Of a stretch of 64,000 nt of DNA, positions 35,061 to 46,700 are shown piece after piece. This DNA comes from Bacteroidales bacterium (GTDB taxonomy: Bacteria > Bacteroidota > Bacteroidia > Bacteroidales > GCA-2748055), in contig JACJXF010000002.1 of assembly GCA_020636775.1 (NCBI GenBank), positions 144,331 to 208,330 of the forward strand. The letters run 5' to 3'. Numbering within the stretch: position 1 is the stretch's first letter; each line of letters begins with the position of its first letter. The position numbers and the translations under genes were made by a program. The notes under the pieces are model-generated. The model saw nothing but the letters and a program-made list of their open reading frames with translations, was not told where the DNA came from and did no database searches.

Positions 35061-36014
35061 TCAAAAATCAATATAAGGATAATCCTTCTTAAACTTTTTT
35101 ATCCGTTCTGCCAGTTTCTCGCTGAATTTGCGGTAGGCATCGGTTTCTTTATTAAAAACCCTGTGATTCTTTGCCTGTAGAATAGCGGTAAGTTCTTTGT
35201 TGATTTCAATAGTTTCTTTTTTGAAATAGGCTTTTTCAAATTTTTCCCAGATATAATTTACCGCAATGGAATTGGGATGAAACATATCCTCTGCGTAAAA
35301 ACGGTAATCCCTGAGATCATCCATCAGAATTTCGTAGGCCGGGAAATACTCTGTATTATCAGGAAACATTTTGCAAATTTGGTCTGTTGCCAGCAAAAGT
35401 GAAGCTTTGCTAAGCTGGTTTCCATGAGCTCCGTCCTTCCAGTGTCGCACCGGGCTGATGGTGAAAATAATTTTCATGGCCGGGTTTTTCTTCAGCAATT
35501 CAGGGATAAAGGAAGACCATGCACGAACAATAGACTCAGGCTCCAGGAAGATACGATCGAATTCTTTTTCCGGCAGTTTATGGCAATTGGAAACTATTCT
35601 TCCGTTCTTTTTAAGTCGATAAACGAAGGCAGTTCCAAAAGTCAGCAGCAGAACATCGGTTTTTTTAAGATGTTTAGAAGCGGATTTGATCTCCCCGTTG
35701 ATGTGTTTCAGACACTCGTCTTTATTGGCATTCGAGAAGCTGCTGTGATGGTCCCAGGAAAACCAGAGCTCATTAAAACATTCAATATCATCCTCTGTGT
35801 ATTCGTCATTATCGAGAATGATGCCAAGGCTGTTCAGTGCACTCAGCGGGTTATAGACAACACCAAAGGGATTAATTATTACAGGAAAGTGCAGATCCTT
35901 CAGCTTTTGCCCGATATTATCGGTAAAGCAGGACCCGTGAAAAAAAACCCGGCCCCGGTGATCTATCCTGATTGAGGAGGCCTGCAAATCTATTTCACTT
36001 CGGAAGGTGGACAT
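35061..36014 (-). CDS. GSCFA-domain protein
   Basis: 317 aa carrying the family-naming motif FFHGSCFTDNIG near the N-terminus. Confidence 0.75.
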   Translation of the reverse strand: MSTFRSEIDLQASSIRIDHRGRVFFHGSCFTDNIGQKLKDLHFPVIINPFGVVYNPLSALNSLGIILDNDEYTEDDIECFNELWFSWDHHSSFSNANKDECLKHINGEIKSASKHLKKTDVLLLTFGTAFVYRLKKNGRIVSNCHKLPEKEFDRIFLEPESIVRAWSSFIPELLKKNPAMKIIFTISPVRHWKDGAHGNQLSKASLLLATDQICKMFPDNTEYFPAYEILMDDLRDYRFYAEDMFHPNSIAVNYIWEKFEKAYFKKETIEINKELTAILQAKNHRVFNKETDAYRKFSEKLAERIKKFKKDYPYIDF

Positions 36015-36019
36015 CAGAA

Positions 36020-36853
36020 TCAGATTTTGTTTTTGACAAGCCAGTCGACAATATAGGCATGTACATCCTCTTTTATAAATTCGTTATGCAGCTCGTGGTA
36101 TTGATTTTCCCACATTTTAAGGTGTGTTCTTTTACTGGTGTTCAGAACATAATCCTGACTCGCCTTTGGAGAGCAAATAGTATCAGCGGTTCCATGCATA
36201 ATCAGAAAAGGACAGTTAATCTTGTAAACATTTCTGAGTGCATGATATCCGGCCTGGTATATTTCGTGAAACATTTTCAGGGAGATACGGTCGTGGTTAA
36301 GTGGGTCGCGCTCGTAATCCCTCACAATCTCCGGGTCATGGGATATCTGTTCAGCTTTAAGCTGGTTGGATATACTTAGGGATGGAAAAACTTTTTTCAG
36401 GAAACCCGTCAGTTTCAAAAGAAATTCAGAGGGTTCATTATAAAGTTTAAGCCATGGGGAGGTAACAATGAGTGCCTTGAGGGGCCTGTTTCTTCTAATG
36501 ACGTGATTTAAAACCAGAGTTCCGCCCATGGAATGTCCATACAGAATTTTACTGTAATCCGGAAAGATCTCTGAGCTCTTGTCATACAGCAGATCAATGT
36601 CGTCCAACAGGACATCCAGCGATTTTACATGTCCGCGTTTACCTTCCGACTTCCCGTGCCCGTGAAGGTCCAGGGCAATCATGGAGTATCCTTTGCGGTT
36701 AAAGAATTCTGCCCAATGCTCGTATCGGCTGCAATGTTCTCCCAGTCCATGAACGAGCATGATAAGCTTTTTTTCGTCCTGTTCTGCTTTCCAGCTTTGG
36801 GCAAAGATTTTTCTACCATCCTTTGCAGTCCATGTATAAGTCTGATTATTCAT
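36020..36853 (-). CDS. Alpha/beta hydrolase (lysophospholipase/monoacylglycerol lipase-like)
   Basis: 277 aa. It has HGLGEH and the nucleophile elbow GHSMGG, plus the C-terminal His region HELHNE. Confidence 0.8.
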   Translation of the reverse strand: MNNQTYTWTAKDGRKIFAQSWKAEQDEKKLIMLVHGLGEHCSRYEHWAEFFNRKGYSMIALDLHGHGKSEGKRGHVKSLDVLLDDIDLLYDKSSEIFPDYSKILYGHSMGGTLVLNHVIRRNRPLKALIVTSPWLKLYNEPSEFLLKLTGFLKKVFPSLSISNQLKAEQISHDPEIVRDYERDPLNHDRISLKMFHEIYQAGYHALRNVYKINCPFLIMHGTADTICSPKASQDYVLNTSKRTHLKMWENQYHELHNEFIKEDVHAYIVDWLVKNKI

Positions 36854-37098
36854 TTAGAGGATTAATTTTCAGGTCGATCAGGTTATCATTTGAGAATTTA
36901 AAGTTAATTAAATTTCCTGATGCCTGCCTACTTAAACAGGATGCCTTAAATCAGGGTTTCGCAAATTTTATAAAGGGAATTTCCCTGAAGGTTAAGAATG
37001 CATTTTTGTTGACAGGAGGGCGTATTTAGTACTTTCGATAATTTCTGCAGATGAATATATTTGAAGAATCTTTCAGTAACTTCCTTTTAAGCCTTGTT

Positions 37099-38028
37099 TC
37101 ATGAGGGTTTCAGGAATTCGAGATTTCTTTTCAGTCCTTCATATTTTGCGCGTTTAACTGCTGAATCCCTGAAAAGAGTATTAAAAACTCCTCTGTCCAT
37201 TTCATGCCATTCCTTTGCATTCATTGACAGGAGGCCCGGAGCAGGGGAGAAATCCGGTACTTCATGAGGACTGATTTTTTTATTCCATGGGCAAACGTCC
37301 TGGCAGATATCACATCCAAAGACCCGGTTTTTGAATTTATCTTTCAGGTCAGCTGGCATTTCTGAGCCTTTATTTTCTATGGTGTGGTAGGAAATACATT
37401 TTCCGGCATCAACCACCCTGTCGGCCACAATAGCCCCCGTAGGACAGGAGGTAATACAATTGCGGCAGCTTCCGCACATATCATTTACGGCTTTGTCGTA
37501 CTCAAGCCCGGCTGTAACAATCATCTCCCCGATAAATACGAATGATCCGAATCGTTCACTCAGGAGGAGAGAATTCTTGCCTATCCATCCCAGCCCCGAC
37601 CGGCTGGCCCAGGCATGTTCCAGAACGGGAGCTGAATCAGTAAACACACGGCCTTCACAGCCGGGGATTAGCTTTCTGGTATATTCAAGAAGTTGTTTTA
37701 GCTTGTCCCTCACCACATCATGGTAATCCTGTCCGTATGCATATTTAGCCAGCACAGGAGCATTGGGATCGGATTGCTTTTCTGCGGGGTAATAATTCAG
37801 GATGACCGACACAACCGATTTGGCACCCTCAACCAGCAGGCGGGGGTCACAGCGTTTGTCGAAATGATTCTCCATGTATTTGAGGCTTGCATTCCTGCCT
37901 TTACTCAGCCAGTCTTTCAGACGTGATGCATCCGTTTCGAGATAATCTGCTGCTGAGATTCCACAATCGCTGAATCCGAGGCGCAGGGCTTCGGATTTTA
38001 TTTCTTGCGAATGTGATGGGGAGGCCAT
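37099..38028 (-). CDS. queG: tRNA epoxyqueuosine(34) reductase
   Basis: 309 aa. The two 4Fe-4S motifs are CGSCRNCITSCPTGA and CDICQDVCPWN, and the N-terminus is QueG-type. Confidence 0.88.
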   Translation of the reverse strand: MASPSHSQEIKSEALRLGFSDCGISAADYLETDASRLKDWLSKGRNASLKYMENHFDKRCDPRLLVEGAKSVVSVILNYYPAEKQSDPNAPVLAKYAYGQDYHDVVRDKLKQLLEYTRKLIPGCEGRVFTDSAPVLEHAWASRSGLGWIGKNSLLLSERFGSFVFIGEMIVTAGLEYDKAVNDMCGSCRNCITSCPTGAIVADRVVDAGKCISYHTIENKGSEMPADLKDKFKNRVFGCDICQDVCPWNKKISPHEVPDFSPAPGLLSMNAKEWHEMDRGVFNTLFRDSAVKRAKYEGLKRNLEFLKPS

Positions 38029-38351
38029 TACATCAGGCCAAGGTCAAGCTTCGCCTCATCGCTGAGATTGGATTCATCCCAGGGAGGGTCGAAGGTCAGG
38101 TTAACTTTTGCATCGGTAACCCCATCAATGCCTCTTACCTTTTCGCGCACTTCTTCAAGTAGTGAATCGGCCACCGGACAATTAGGAGCTGTAAGCGTCA
38201 TGGTGATTTCCACCTTGTTGCTGTCGTCCACATCGATCGCGTAAATAAGTCCCAGGTCGTATATATTAACCGGGATTTCCGGATCAAAGATATTCTTGAG
38301 TACCTGCACGATCTCAGTTTCAATCTGCAGGAAATTTTTTACTTCTGCCAT
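38028..38351 (-). CDS. DUF59/MIP18-family Fe-S assembly protein (SufT-like)
   Basis: I place the start at MAEVKNFLQIETEIV. The motif is ITMTLTAPNCPVADSL. Confidence 0.75.
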   Translation of the reverse strand: MAEVKNFLQIETEIVQVLKNIFDPEIPVNIYDLGLIYAIDVDDSNKVEITMTLTAPNCPVADSLLEEVREKVRGIDGVTDAKVNLTFDPPWDESNLSDEAKLDLGLM

Positions 38352-38382
38352 GTTTTTATCCCTCTCTAAATCACAAACAAAT

Positions 38383-38811
38383 TTATTGCCCTGAATGTTT
38401 AGCCTGATAAGCAAGAGAATACATTTTCATCTTTTTTACCATGGATACCAGTCCGTTGCTTCGGGTTGGAGAAAGGTTTTCCTTGAGACCGATCTTATCA
38501 ATAAAATACAAATCTGCATTCATAATTTCCGAAGCATCCTGATGGTTCAGGGCCCGAATCAGCAAGGCAACAATTCCTTTTACAATAATCGCATCACTGT
38601 CGGCTGTAAAACTCATTTTACCATTCTCATATTCCGCATGCAGCCATACTTTCGACTGACAACCGTTGATAAGATACTCATCAGTCCTGTATTTCGGATC
38701 AATAGCAGGCAACTCGTGTCCCAGTTCGATCAGGTAATTGTAACGGTCCATCCAGTCATCAAAAGAAGAAAATTCTTCCACTATCTGGTCCTGTATTTCA
38801 GTAAGCGACAT
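38383..38811 (-). CDS. sufE: Cysteine desulfuration (sulfur acceptor) protein SufE
   Basis: 142 aa carrying the SufE active-site motif NGCQSKVWL. Confidence 0.85.
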   Translation of the reverse strand: MSLTEIQDQIVEEFSSFDDWMDRYNYLIELGHELPAIDPKYRTDEYLINGCQSKVWLHAEYENGKMSFTADSDAIIVKGIVALLIRALNHQDASEIMNADLYFIDKIGLKENLSPTRSNGLVSMVKKMKMYSLAYQAKHSGQ

Positions 38812-38996
38812 GTTTGGAATAAGTCTAAATTAAGTGACAAAGGTATAAAAAAATGCAGATATCGAAGGGAGGAGTTTAGGTCAAAACTAATAATTATGGG
38901 CGAAAAAAATTGAGGATAACTGACTTCCACAGGCCAGCCGGAAAACAGATTATGGAAATTTATTCATCCCTTGAACATATGAATCGGGGTCAGTTA

Positions 38997-41900
38997 TCAT
39001 GATTTTAAATTTTTTCCGGATTTAACCTCCTTAAAACTTTTCCTGAATTCGGAAGGGGTTTTTCCAAATTCCTGTCTGAAACATTTCCGGAAATACTTTT
39101 CGTCATTAAAACCGGTCATATAGGCAACCTCAGTTACATTGTATTCCAGCGATTCGAGCAGGCGGCAGGCAATCTTAAGCCTCATTAGCCTTAGAAACTC
39201 AACCGGTGTGAGGCTGGTAAGACCTTTAATTTTATTGTAAAATACCGTTCTCCCAACCTCAGAAATGCTCACCATTTTTTCAACATTAAAATCAGGATCG
39301 GAATAATTTTCATCAATAATTTTTACGATTTTTTTCAGAAACTCCTCGTCACGGGAGTTAATTTTGATGTTCCCCGGCTCAATTTCAGGTTTTCCTGAAT
39401 ACCGCTCAAAAATCAATTGCCTTTGCTTTAGCAGGCTTGAAATTATTGCATTCAGGTATCTGGAATTAAAGGGTTTCAGAATATATGCCTCCGCACCGCT
39501 CTCAAAGCCATCAATCTGGTTGTCAATGCCTGATTTTGCAGTCAGCATGATTACCGGCAAATGGCAGGTATCAAAATTTTCTTTCACCTTTCTGGTGAAT
39601 TCTATTCCATCCATAACGGGCATCATGACATCAGTAATTATCAGGTCAGGATGAAACTCCGAAATGATCTTAAGTCCTTCCAGTCCATTAGTTGCCGTAA
39701 TAATGGTATACCTGTCGAATAGCCCCTGAGTAATGTATTTCAGGATTTCAGCATTATCTTCAATTACCAGAAGTTTGAATCTCTTTTCATCCGGATTAGT
39801 CTCTTTGTCATCCTCAGGTTCTTCAGGCTGACTGATATCCTGTATGAAGAACTTATGTGAATCGTCACTCACATATTCTTTATCAGCCATTTGTTCCTGA
39901 GAGAAGTGGTCCTTTCCAATGGGTAACTGTAAAGTAAAAGTACTGCCTTTTTGAGCTTCACTCTGAACGAAAATGTCTCCTTTGTGAAGGCGCACCAGCT
40001 CGCGGGAAAGAGATAGTCCTATGCCCGTTCCCGAAAAACCACGGGCGTCGAATGACAGATTGGTGTAACGGTCGAAGAGGAGTGAGATTTTATCCTGAGA
40101 TATCCCTTTTCCTTCATCTTTAACCTGTATTTCCACATATTTTTCAATCTCATTAACAAGAATCTTAAGTTCAATACTTCTGTTATCGGGCGTAAACTTG
40201 AATGCATTTGAAAGCAGATTGAACATAACGATATCCAGCTTTTCAGGATCTGCCCACAACAGGAATTCCTTTTTATTGGTTGAAAATGTGTAGTTGATAT
40301 GGTTTTGCAGGGCCAGGTACTGGAAATTTTCAAATATTTGCCTGCTGAATTCAACGATTTCAATTTCCTGAACTCTCAGCTTCATTTTATTATTCTGAAT
40401 TTTCCTGAAATCAAGTAACTGGTTAATAAGCCTGAGCATCTTTCTGCCATTTCGGTTTATGATCTCCAGAGGTTTAATGGCTGAGGGCGGGAGGTCTTTC
40501 ACTTTCATCAGATCATCCAGAGGACCCAGAATCAGGGTCAAAGGAGTTCTGATCTCATGTGAAATATTAGTGAAAAACTGAAGCTTAATTTCGTTGATTC
40601 TCCTTTCAAGCCTGAGGTCGTTCCTCATATGGTAATATTTTGTAAAAATCCTTCTGGAGATTTCAAAAAGCAAAATCAGTAAAATGGCATAGATTCCGTA
40701 AGCAAGATTTGTTCTCCAGATCGGGGGGAGGATTTTAATCTTAATGGATCTGGGCATTTGATTCCATGTACCATCCCAGTTGGCGGCTTTAACCTGAAAG
40801 ACATAGCTGCCTGGCGGAATATTGGTATAGGTCGCTTTTCTTTGATTCCCGACTTCATTCCAGCTTTTCTCAAATCCCTCTAAAATGAAAGAGTATTTAT
40901 TTTTAAGAGGATCGAAATAGCTCAGCGCAGTATATTCAAAACTAAAACTATTTTGATTATACGACAGGGTGATCTCGTCGAGGAATTCAATATTCTTTTT
41001 TATGGGAGAGTCAGGATCGCGGATATTAACATCCTTATTGTAAAGCTGGAAGTTTGCCAATACAATCGGCGGATCATACTCAGGCTTAATTAATTTCTCA
41101 GGGTTGATAACCAGGGCTCCGTTAATTGTCCCGAAAACCAGCAATCCAAGGTGAGTTTTGAGACAGGTGTTTTCCGAAAAGTTAGATGATACAAGTCCGT
41201 TGTCCTTATCATAATTTTCGAATGATTCTTTCTCCGGATCAAACCTGGAAATTCCATTCTCTGTGCTGAACCAGAGAAATCCTTCATTATCCTCAAGAAT
41301 ACCGAATACAGCATCATTCACCAGTCCCTTCTGTGTATTGAAGTGAGTGTAATTAAATCCATCATCCTTAAACTTAAGTTTATTTACCCCTCCGCCAAAA
41401 GTGCCAAACCAAAGATTGTGTGCCTTATCTTCAAATATGTGAATTACATCATTGTAGCTGATGGTAGAGGTATCGGCGGGATTGTAATTAAAAGCTCTGA
41501 ATATAGAAGAATCATTTTGGCCGGAGATGGATTCTTTCAGGTCCAGTCCGAAGGTCGTGGCAAGCCAGAATCTGTTTTGGCTGTCTATAAATATTTGTCT
41601 TATTTCATTGCTGGATAAATTGGTATTCGACTGATTGAATCTTTTGCAAATCAACTTTTCAGGAGTCTTTCTTTCCACCAGAACCAGTCCTTCACCATAA
41701 GTGCCTATCCAGATGTTACCTGCAATATCTTCTCTTATCGAATAAACGAAATTACTGCTCAATGAGCCTGTATCATTAGGATCATTTACATAATGGTAAA
41801 ATCGTAAATCACCATAATCACGGTTATATTCCCTGAGCGGCCTGGTGCTGATAGATACGCCTCCGCCTTTGGATCCCAGCCACAGGTAGCCTTTACTGTC

Positions 41901-43418
41901 CTGCATCATACAATAAACATTAAAACCCTGCAGATTTTCTTTAATCAGGGAAAGCTTTTCAATAGAGGCCTTTATAGAAAGTGTACTGTCATAGATATAG
42001 ATATTTCCTGATTTGGTTGCCATCCATATATTGGACCGGTCATCTTCGAGAATTGACCTTACAACGTTTTCAGATTTATCATCAATTTTTTTTCTGGGGA
42101 TAAGTTGCCGAAACGACGGGTTGGTAAAAATTACCTTATTTATCCCCCCGTTAAACTGCCCGGTTCCAACCCAGAGCAGGCCTGATTTATCTTCGGTTAT
42201 GCAGTGGACAAAATTTGAACTAATGGTATTTGGGTCATCCGGGTTATTTCTAAAAAACTCAAAAGATTCTGTTTCCGGATTGTATAGGGCAAGTCCGGCA
42301 CCGTGCAATCCGATCCATATCCTGTCGCTCTTATCCTGATATATATATTGTCTTTCATCATCAACCAGACTCTCAATTTCGGCGGGTGTCAGCTTGAAAT
42401 ATTTCTCGGTTTTGTTTTTTGGATCAATACGGCTTATTCCAAACCGGACCGTGTTTACCCACAACATTCCAGAGCGGTCTTCAAAAACCGATTTTATGGA
42501 AGGATTTTTGGCCATAAAAGATGAGAAATTGCCTGTTTCCGGATCATAAAGGCTTAAACCGGAATTCTCTGTGCCAATAATCAGTATGTTATTTTTACCT
42601 GATTTTACTATATTGATTTCGTTTCCCGGCAGTCCTCCCGGTCTGGCAGAAATGGTGGCAAAGACTCTCTTGTTTAAATTATATACAATTAAACCTTTTT
42701 TTCCTGTCCCGAAATAAACTTCATCGCCAAGCTGACTGGCTGCAGTGAATCCGGATTCGACAAAAAAATGCTGGAAATTATAATTCTCACTTTGGTTATC
42801 TTTCGATTCAAGCAGGTTTAAGCCTTGCTGGGTGCCAATCCACAAATCATCATTCGAGTCCTTCAATATCCAGTTTACTTTATTATTTGAGATCTGATTG
42901 ACTCCCCTGCTAATAAAGTGACTCACCCGGTAATCATTTATTGCAGAATCATATTTCAATTTATAAACTCCTGAATTACTGGTTCCCAGCCAGATTTCAT
43001 TTTTATTGAACTGGCAGAATCCGGTAATCTCGCTGTTTTTCTCCTCGTCAGAATCCTGATACTTAGGAAAGCTGGTAAACTTGTCTATACTCTCATCGAG
43101 ATAATGAAGATATCCATCATGAGTCTTGACCCACAGAAAGCCTCGGAGGTCTTCCCAGATATTCACTATACGGTTATTGGTCAATACATTTTTTTCACCA
43201 GGTGCAGCCTTATAGATTTTAAAGGAATAGCCATCATAACGATTAAGACCATCCATGGTTCCAAGCCACAAATAGCCTTTTTTATCGCAATAAATCGACA
43301 GAACAGAGTTTTGAGATAATCCATTCCTCGTGTCAAGATGCTCAAATCTTTCAATATCCAGTGCGAAAAGCCTGAATGTTGCAGAAATGAATAATATGGA
43401 CAGGAAAAGATTCTTCAT
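38997..43418 (-). CDS. Hybrid two-component system sensor kinase/response regulator (HTCS) with beta-propeller/Y_Y_Y sensor and AraC-type HTH
   Basis: It has periplasmic repeated propeller blades, a TM segment, the HisKA H-box FTNISHEIRTPLTLI, an HATPase domain, a REC domain (LLVIEDN...ITDVMMPVMDG) and a C-terminal AraC HTH. The track ORF extends to 43496. I prefer the start MKNLFLSILF (43418), which gives a signal peptide. Confidence 0.9.
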   Translation of the reverse strand: MKNLFLSILFISATFRLFALDIERFEHLDTRNGLSQNSVLSIYCDKKGYLWLGTMDGLNRYDGYSFKIYKAAPGEKNVLTNNRIVNIWEDLRGFLWVKTHDGYLHYLDESIDKFTSFPKYQDSDEEKNSEITGFCQFNKNEIWLGTSNSGVYKLKYDSAINDYRVSHFISRGVNQISNNKVNWILKDSNDDLWIGTQQGLNLLESKDNQSENYNFQHFFVESGFTAASQLGDEVYFGTGKKGLIVYNLNKRVFATISARPGGLPGNEINIVKSGKNNILIIGTENSGLSLYDPETGNFSSFMAKNPSIKSVFEDRSGMLWVNTVRFGISRIDPKNKTEKYFKLTPAEIESLVDDERQYIYQDKSDRIWIGLHGAGLALYNPETESFEFFRNNPDDPNTISSNFVHCITEDKSGLLWVGTGQFNGGINKVIFTNPSFRQLIPRKKIDDKSENVVRSILEDDRSNIWMATKSGNIYIYDSTLSIKASIEKLSLIKENLQGFNVYCMMQDSKGYLWLGSKGGGVSISTRPLREYNRDYGDLRFYHYVNDPNDTGSLSSNFVYSIREDIAGNIWIGTYGEGLVLVERKTPEKLICKRFNQSNTNLSSNEIRQIFIDSQNRFWLATTFGLDLKESISGQNDSSIFRAFNYNPADTSTISYNDVIHIFEDKAHNLWFGTFGGGVNKLKFKDDGFNYTHFNTQKGLVNDAVFGILEDNEGFLWFSTENGISRFDPEKESFENYDKDNGLVSSNFSENTCLKTHLGLLVFGTINGALVINPEKLIKPEYDPPIVLANFQLYNKDVNIRDPDSPIKKNIEFLDEITLSYNQNSFSFEYTALSYFDPLKNKYSFILEGFEKSWNEVGNQRKATYTNIPPGSYVFQVKAANWDGTWNQMPRSIKIKILPPIWRTNLAYGIYAILLILLFEISRRIFTKYYHMRNDLRLERRINEIKLQFFTNISHEIRTPLTLILGPLDDLMKVKDLPPSAIKPLEIINRNGRKMLRLINQLLDFRKIQNNKMKLRVQEIEIVEFSRQIFENFQYLALQNHINYTFSTNKKEFLLWADPEKLDIVMFNLLSNAFKFTPDNRSIELKILVNEIEKYVEIQVKDEGKGISQDKISLLFDRYTNLSFDARGFSGTGIGLSLSRELVRLHKGDIFVQSEAQKGSTFTLQLPIGKDHFSQEQMADKEYVSDDSHKFFIQDISQPEEPEDDKETNPDEKRFKLLVIEDNAEILKYITQGLFDRYTIITATNGLEGLKIISEFHPDLIITDVMMPVMDGIEFTRKVKENFDTCHLPVIMLTAKSGIDNQIDGFESGAEAYILKPFNSRYLNAIISSLLKQRQLIFERYSGKPEIEPGNIKINSRDEEFLKKIVKIIDENYSDPDFNVEKMVSISEVGRTVFYNKIKGLTSLTPVEFLRLMRLKIACRLLESLEYNVTEVAYMTGFNDEKYFRKCFRQEFGKTPSEFRKSFKEVKSGKNLKS

Positions 43419-43769
43419 TCTTTTTAAACCGATCAATACTTTCGCTAAATATAGAATAATACGGATAAAGTTAGAATCTTTAATTTTGTAATTCAAACAC
43501 AGGCGGCTGAAATGACTTATTATCCCTTAAAATGACAGCATTGTTATTCCTGAGATATTAGTCTGAAAGCACTGTCTGTCAGGGGATTTTCTTTAATTTC
43601 AAGCAGGCCTGAAGTGCTTTACGGCATAATTAGTGATAAAATACCCCCATAAATGCGATTATTTTTCCCCTGTTTTCAGATTTCTGCATGATAATTTGCA
43701 TTTGTTTTAATAACCCTTTGAAATATGCTACAAAGGAATAAAGACATATACTACTAACTACTACCCGTC

Positions 43770-46700
43770 ATGATCACAAAATTCAAAACCCTGTTTTTCG
43801 TATTTTTTTTCATTGGCCAGATTGCAAACGGACAATCGACCGGTCTGATCGATTCCTGGGATTTCGGTGCTGAACAACTGAATTCTGAAGTTTACCGTAA
43901 CATGCTTACTGTCGACTCTATAAACGCCTGGTACCCGGGGACAGTTGTTGTCGGAAGCAATGGAAATATCCTTCCGAATTTCACATCAGGTATTTTAAGC
44001 TGGACTGGCGGAGGAAACGACCGGCTTAGAACTACAAATACAACCATTACCAGATTTGATGAGAATATTTCAAGCGTGACCGGTTTTACGGGACGCGTTT
44101 ACGTAAACTCAGCGGCCAAAATCACACGATTCTTAAGCCTTAATTTGGATGAGGATGATGAAGTAACTGTTTTTGCAAAAACGGATGCCGGAGGAATCAT
44201 TAATTTCGAATACCAGGCCAATCCGGTTGCACAGACAGATCAGGTAGCGGTAAGCACCAGCCTGATGGAGCTCCATTTTGTGGCAAAACAGGCAGGCACT
44301 TATCATATTTTCGATACTCAGGGGAAGCCCAGCTATTACCGGATTTACCGAAAGGATGCAAATTATGTTAATATTTCCGGGTCGGTTGACATTTCTGAAG
44401 CTGCTGACATCCCTAATGATTATGGTATCCGGTTTACTAACGATGCAGGAAAAACCTGGGAGGCCGCTGTTAATTCGGGTACTTACTCTGTGGACCTTCC
44501 GGCTGGATTTACCTATCATCTGAGTCTGACAGGAGCGAACGGGTATGTAATAAACAGTGCAACTTCTGTTCTGCTTTCAGATGTTCCTGCCATTTTAAAT
44601 GTTAATATCTTAAAAGTTACTTTATTTACTGTTAGCGGCTCTGTTACCGGTCTGGGTCCGGGAATCTCCAAACTTGAACTTATTTATACTCCAGATCCCG
44701 CAAAAGCTAAATTCTATATTCCAAAGCCGGAAATAGATACCGCATCAGCCAGTTATTCCGTTCAGCTTGAACCTGATTGTGAATATATTATTTCAGCCAA
44801 AGGCGTAAACGATTTTTATATTGCAGACAGCAGCCTTACTATTGGAAATGCTGATCAGACTGCCGATATAAGCTTTTTACCCAGGCCATTATACGGAGTG
44901 ACAATTGTAACTTCAGGACTGACAGCTGAACAACAGGCAAAGCTTGGGCTGAGTTTCAGGATGCTCTATGAAGATGGATATGTCTACCATTTTAATTCCG
45001 GGGATGTCATTAATCTAAGGGATGGAGTCTACTCAATTGAAGCAGATGGTCTAAATGATTATCCTTTGGAATTGGGACTCACATCAAACCTCCGGGTAAA
45101 CGGGGAGGCTGCCAGCAAAAATCTGGTGTTTAAGCAGGTTAAAAACTGGCCATTCAACGACCAGGTAATAACAAACAATACCCCCTCATATCTTGGGCTC
45201 CTGTTTTCAGGAAATATAGCCAACGAGATAGCAAAAGGGCATCTGACAGCCAAAGCCGGAGCCACAATACAGGTTCCTGTAAATCCCGGAACCAAAGTCA
45301 GGATTGCATACTACTATTCAGCCGATTTCTCTATTGACGGAGGTGCGGCCATTACAACCTCCAGTGGGAGTACCAGCACGGTTGAATATGCAGATTATAT
45401 CTATCCCGGAACAAATGCTGGATTTGTGACCATTACCATTGGTTCAGGCACATCTACCACCTACATTTCCAATATTTCAAGCGAAGATGTGGTTGATTAT
45501 TCGGCCGTTATTTATGTAGGTGCAGATAAAACCTATAAATCATTAAATGCAGCACTTGATGCTATTTCACATATGCCCAGGGAAAATAATGAAAGGGTAA
45601 AAGTTATGATCGACCCTGGTAATTATGAAGAGATGCTGGTAATCAATGTTCCGGATGTAAGCTTTGTTAATGCGGCCTCAAAACCCAGTACTGAACTTTC
45701 AAACAAGGGGGTTGACATTGACGCATCTGCTGTCAGAATCACCTCATACTACGGACATGGATACAGCTATTACAGTATGGGTGATAATCAGAAATGGGAT
45801 TCTGAGATACTAAGAGTCAACAAGGAAAACGGATACCTCTCCTATGAAAATAAAGGAGCCGGGACTACAAATGGTTCCTTCTGGAACGCAACAGTTGTTG
45901 TAAACGCTGATGGCTTTGAAGCAGAGAATATTATTTTTGAAAATTCCTTTAACCAGTATATCTCAAAAAAGGAATCTGAAGATGTAGTGGTAATGTGGGA
46001 AGTAGGAAACAAAGGCCTGAGACCAACAGAAACCGGTAGCGTACTTGTGCAGAACAAGAGTTTTGTTGAAAGGGCAGCTGCGCTGGCCATCAATAATGGA
46101 GTTGATAAAGTAGTACTGAAAAAATGCCGAGTCATTGGACGTCAGGATTCATTCTTTGGGGGATCAGGTGCCCGTGTCGTTGTTTATAAGGGAGCAATGA
46201 TGGGAGGTACTGATTTTCTTTTTGGCGGAATGAATGTGGTGTTCTACAAATCTGATCTGGTGATGAATACAAGTGATGAGAGCAACGACATCTCATATTT
46301 GACAGCTGCCCAGCAAAGCAGCGGCAGAGGTTTCCTTATGTATGAATGCAACATAAAATCGGCCGTTCCAGGAGTCGAAAACTCATCCTCCAGACAATCA
46401 AAACCCGGCTATTTTGGTCGCCCGTGGCTGGCAAATACCAGTGAGGTGGTTTTTTATAAAACGACTATTGACACCACCAATTTTCCGGGATCAGAAGGAT
46501 CCTCCCTGATATTACCCCTGGGCTGGTTAAATTCATTAGGTGGAGAATCAGCACTGATGTATGAATACGGAACGCTTGAAAAATCAGGTGTCGATAATTC
46601 AGCTGCCCGTGCTCCATGGTCAACCCTCCTGGCTACGCCTTCACTTTCGGATGGTACGGAAATATCCACCTTTAATTTTACCAAAGGAAATGACGACTGG

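Noticed and set aside
32122-38913. Sizeable antisense ORFs inside large genes, e.g. 32122..32670, 35424..35975, 35972..36379 and 38395..38913. Many similar ones occur elsewhere, such as 14287..15272 and 20109..20794.
   Set aside because: Each lies fully within, and antisense to or out of frame with, a gene that has strong motif support. The translations are low-complexity or motif-free.
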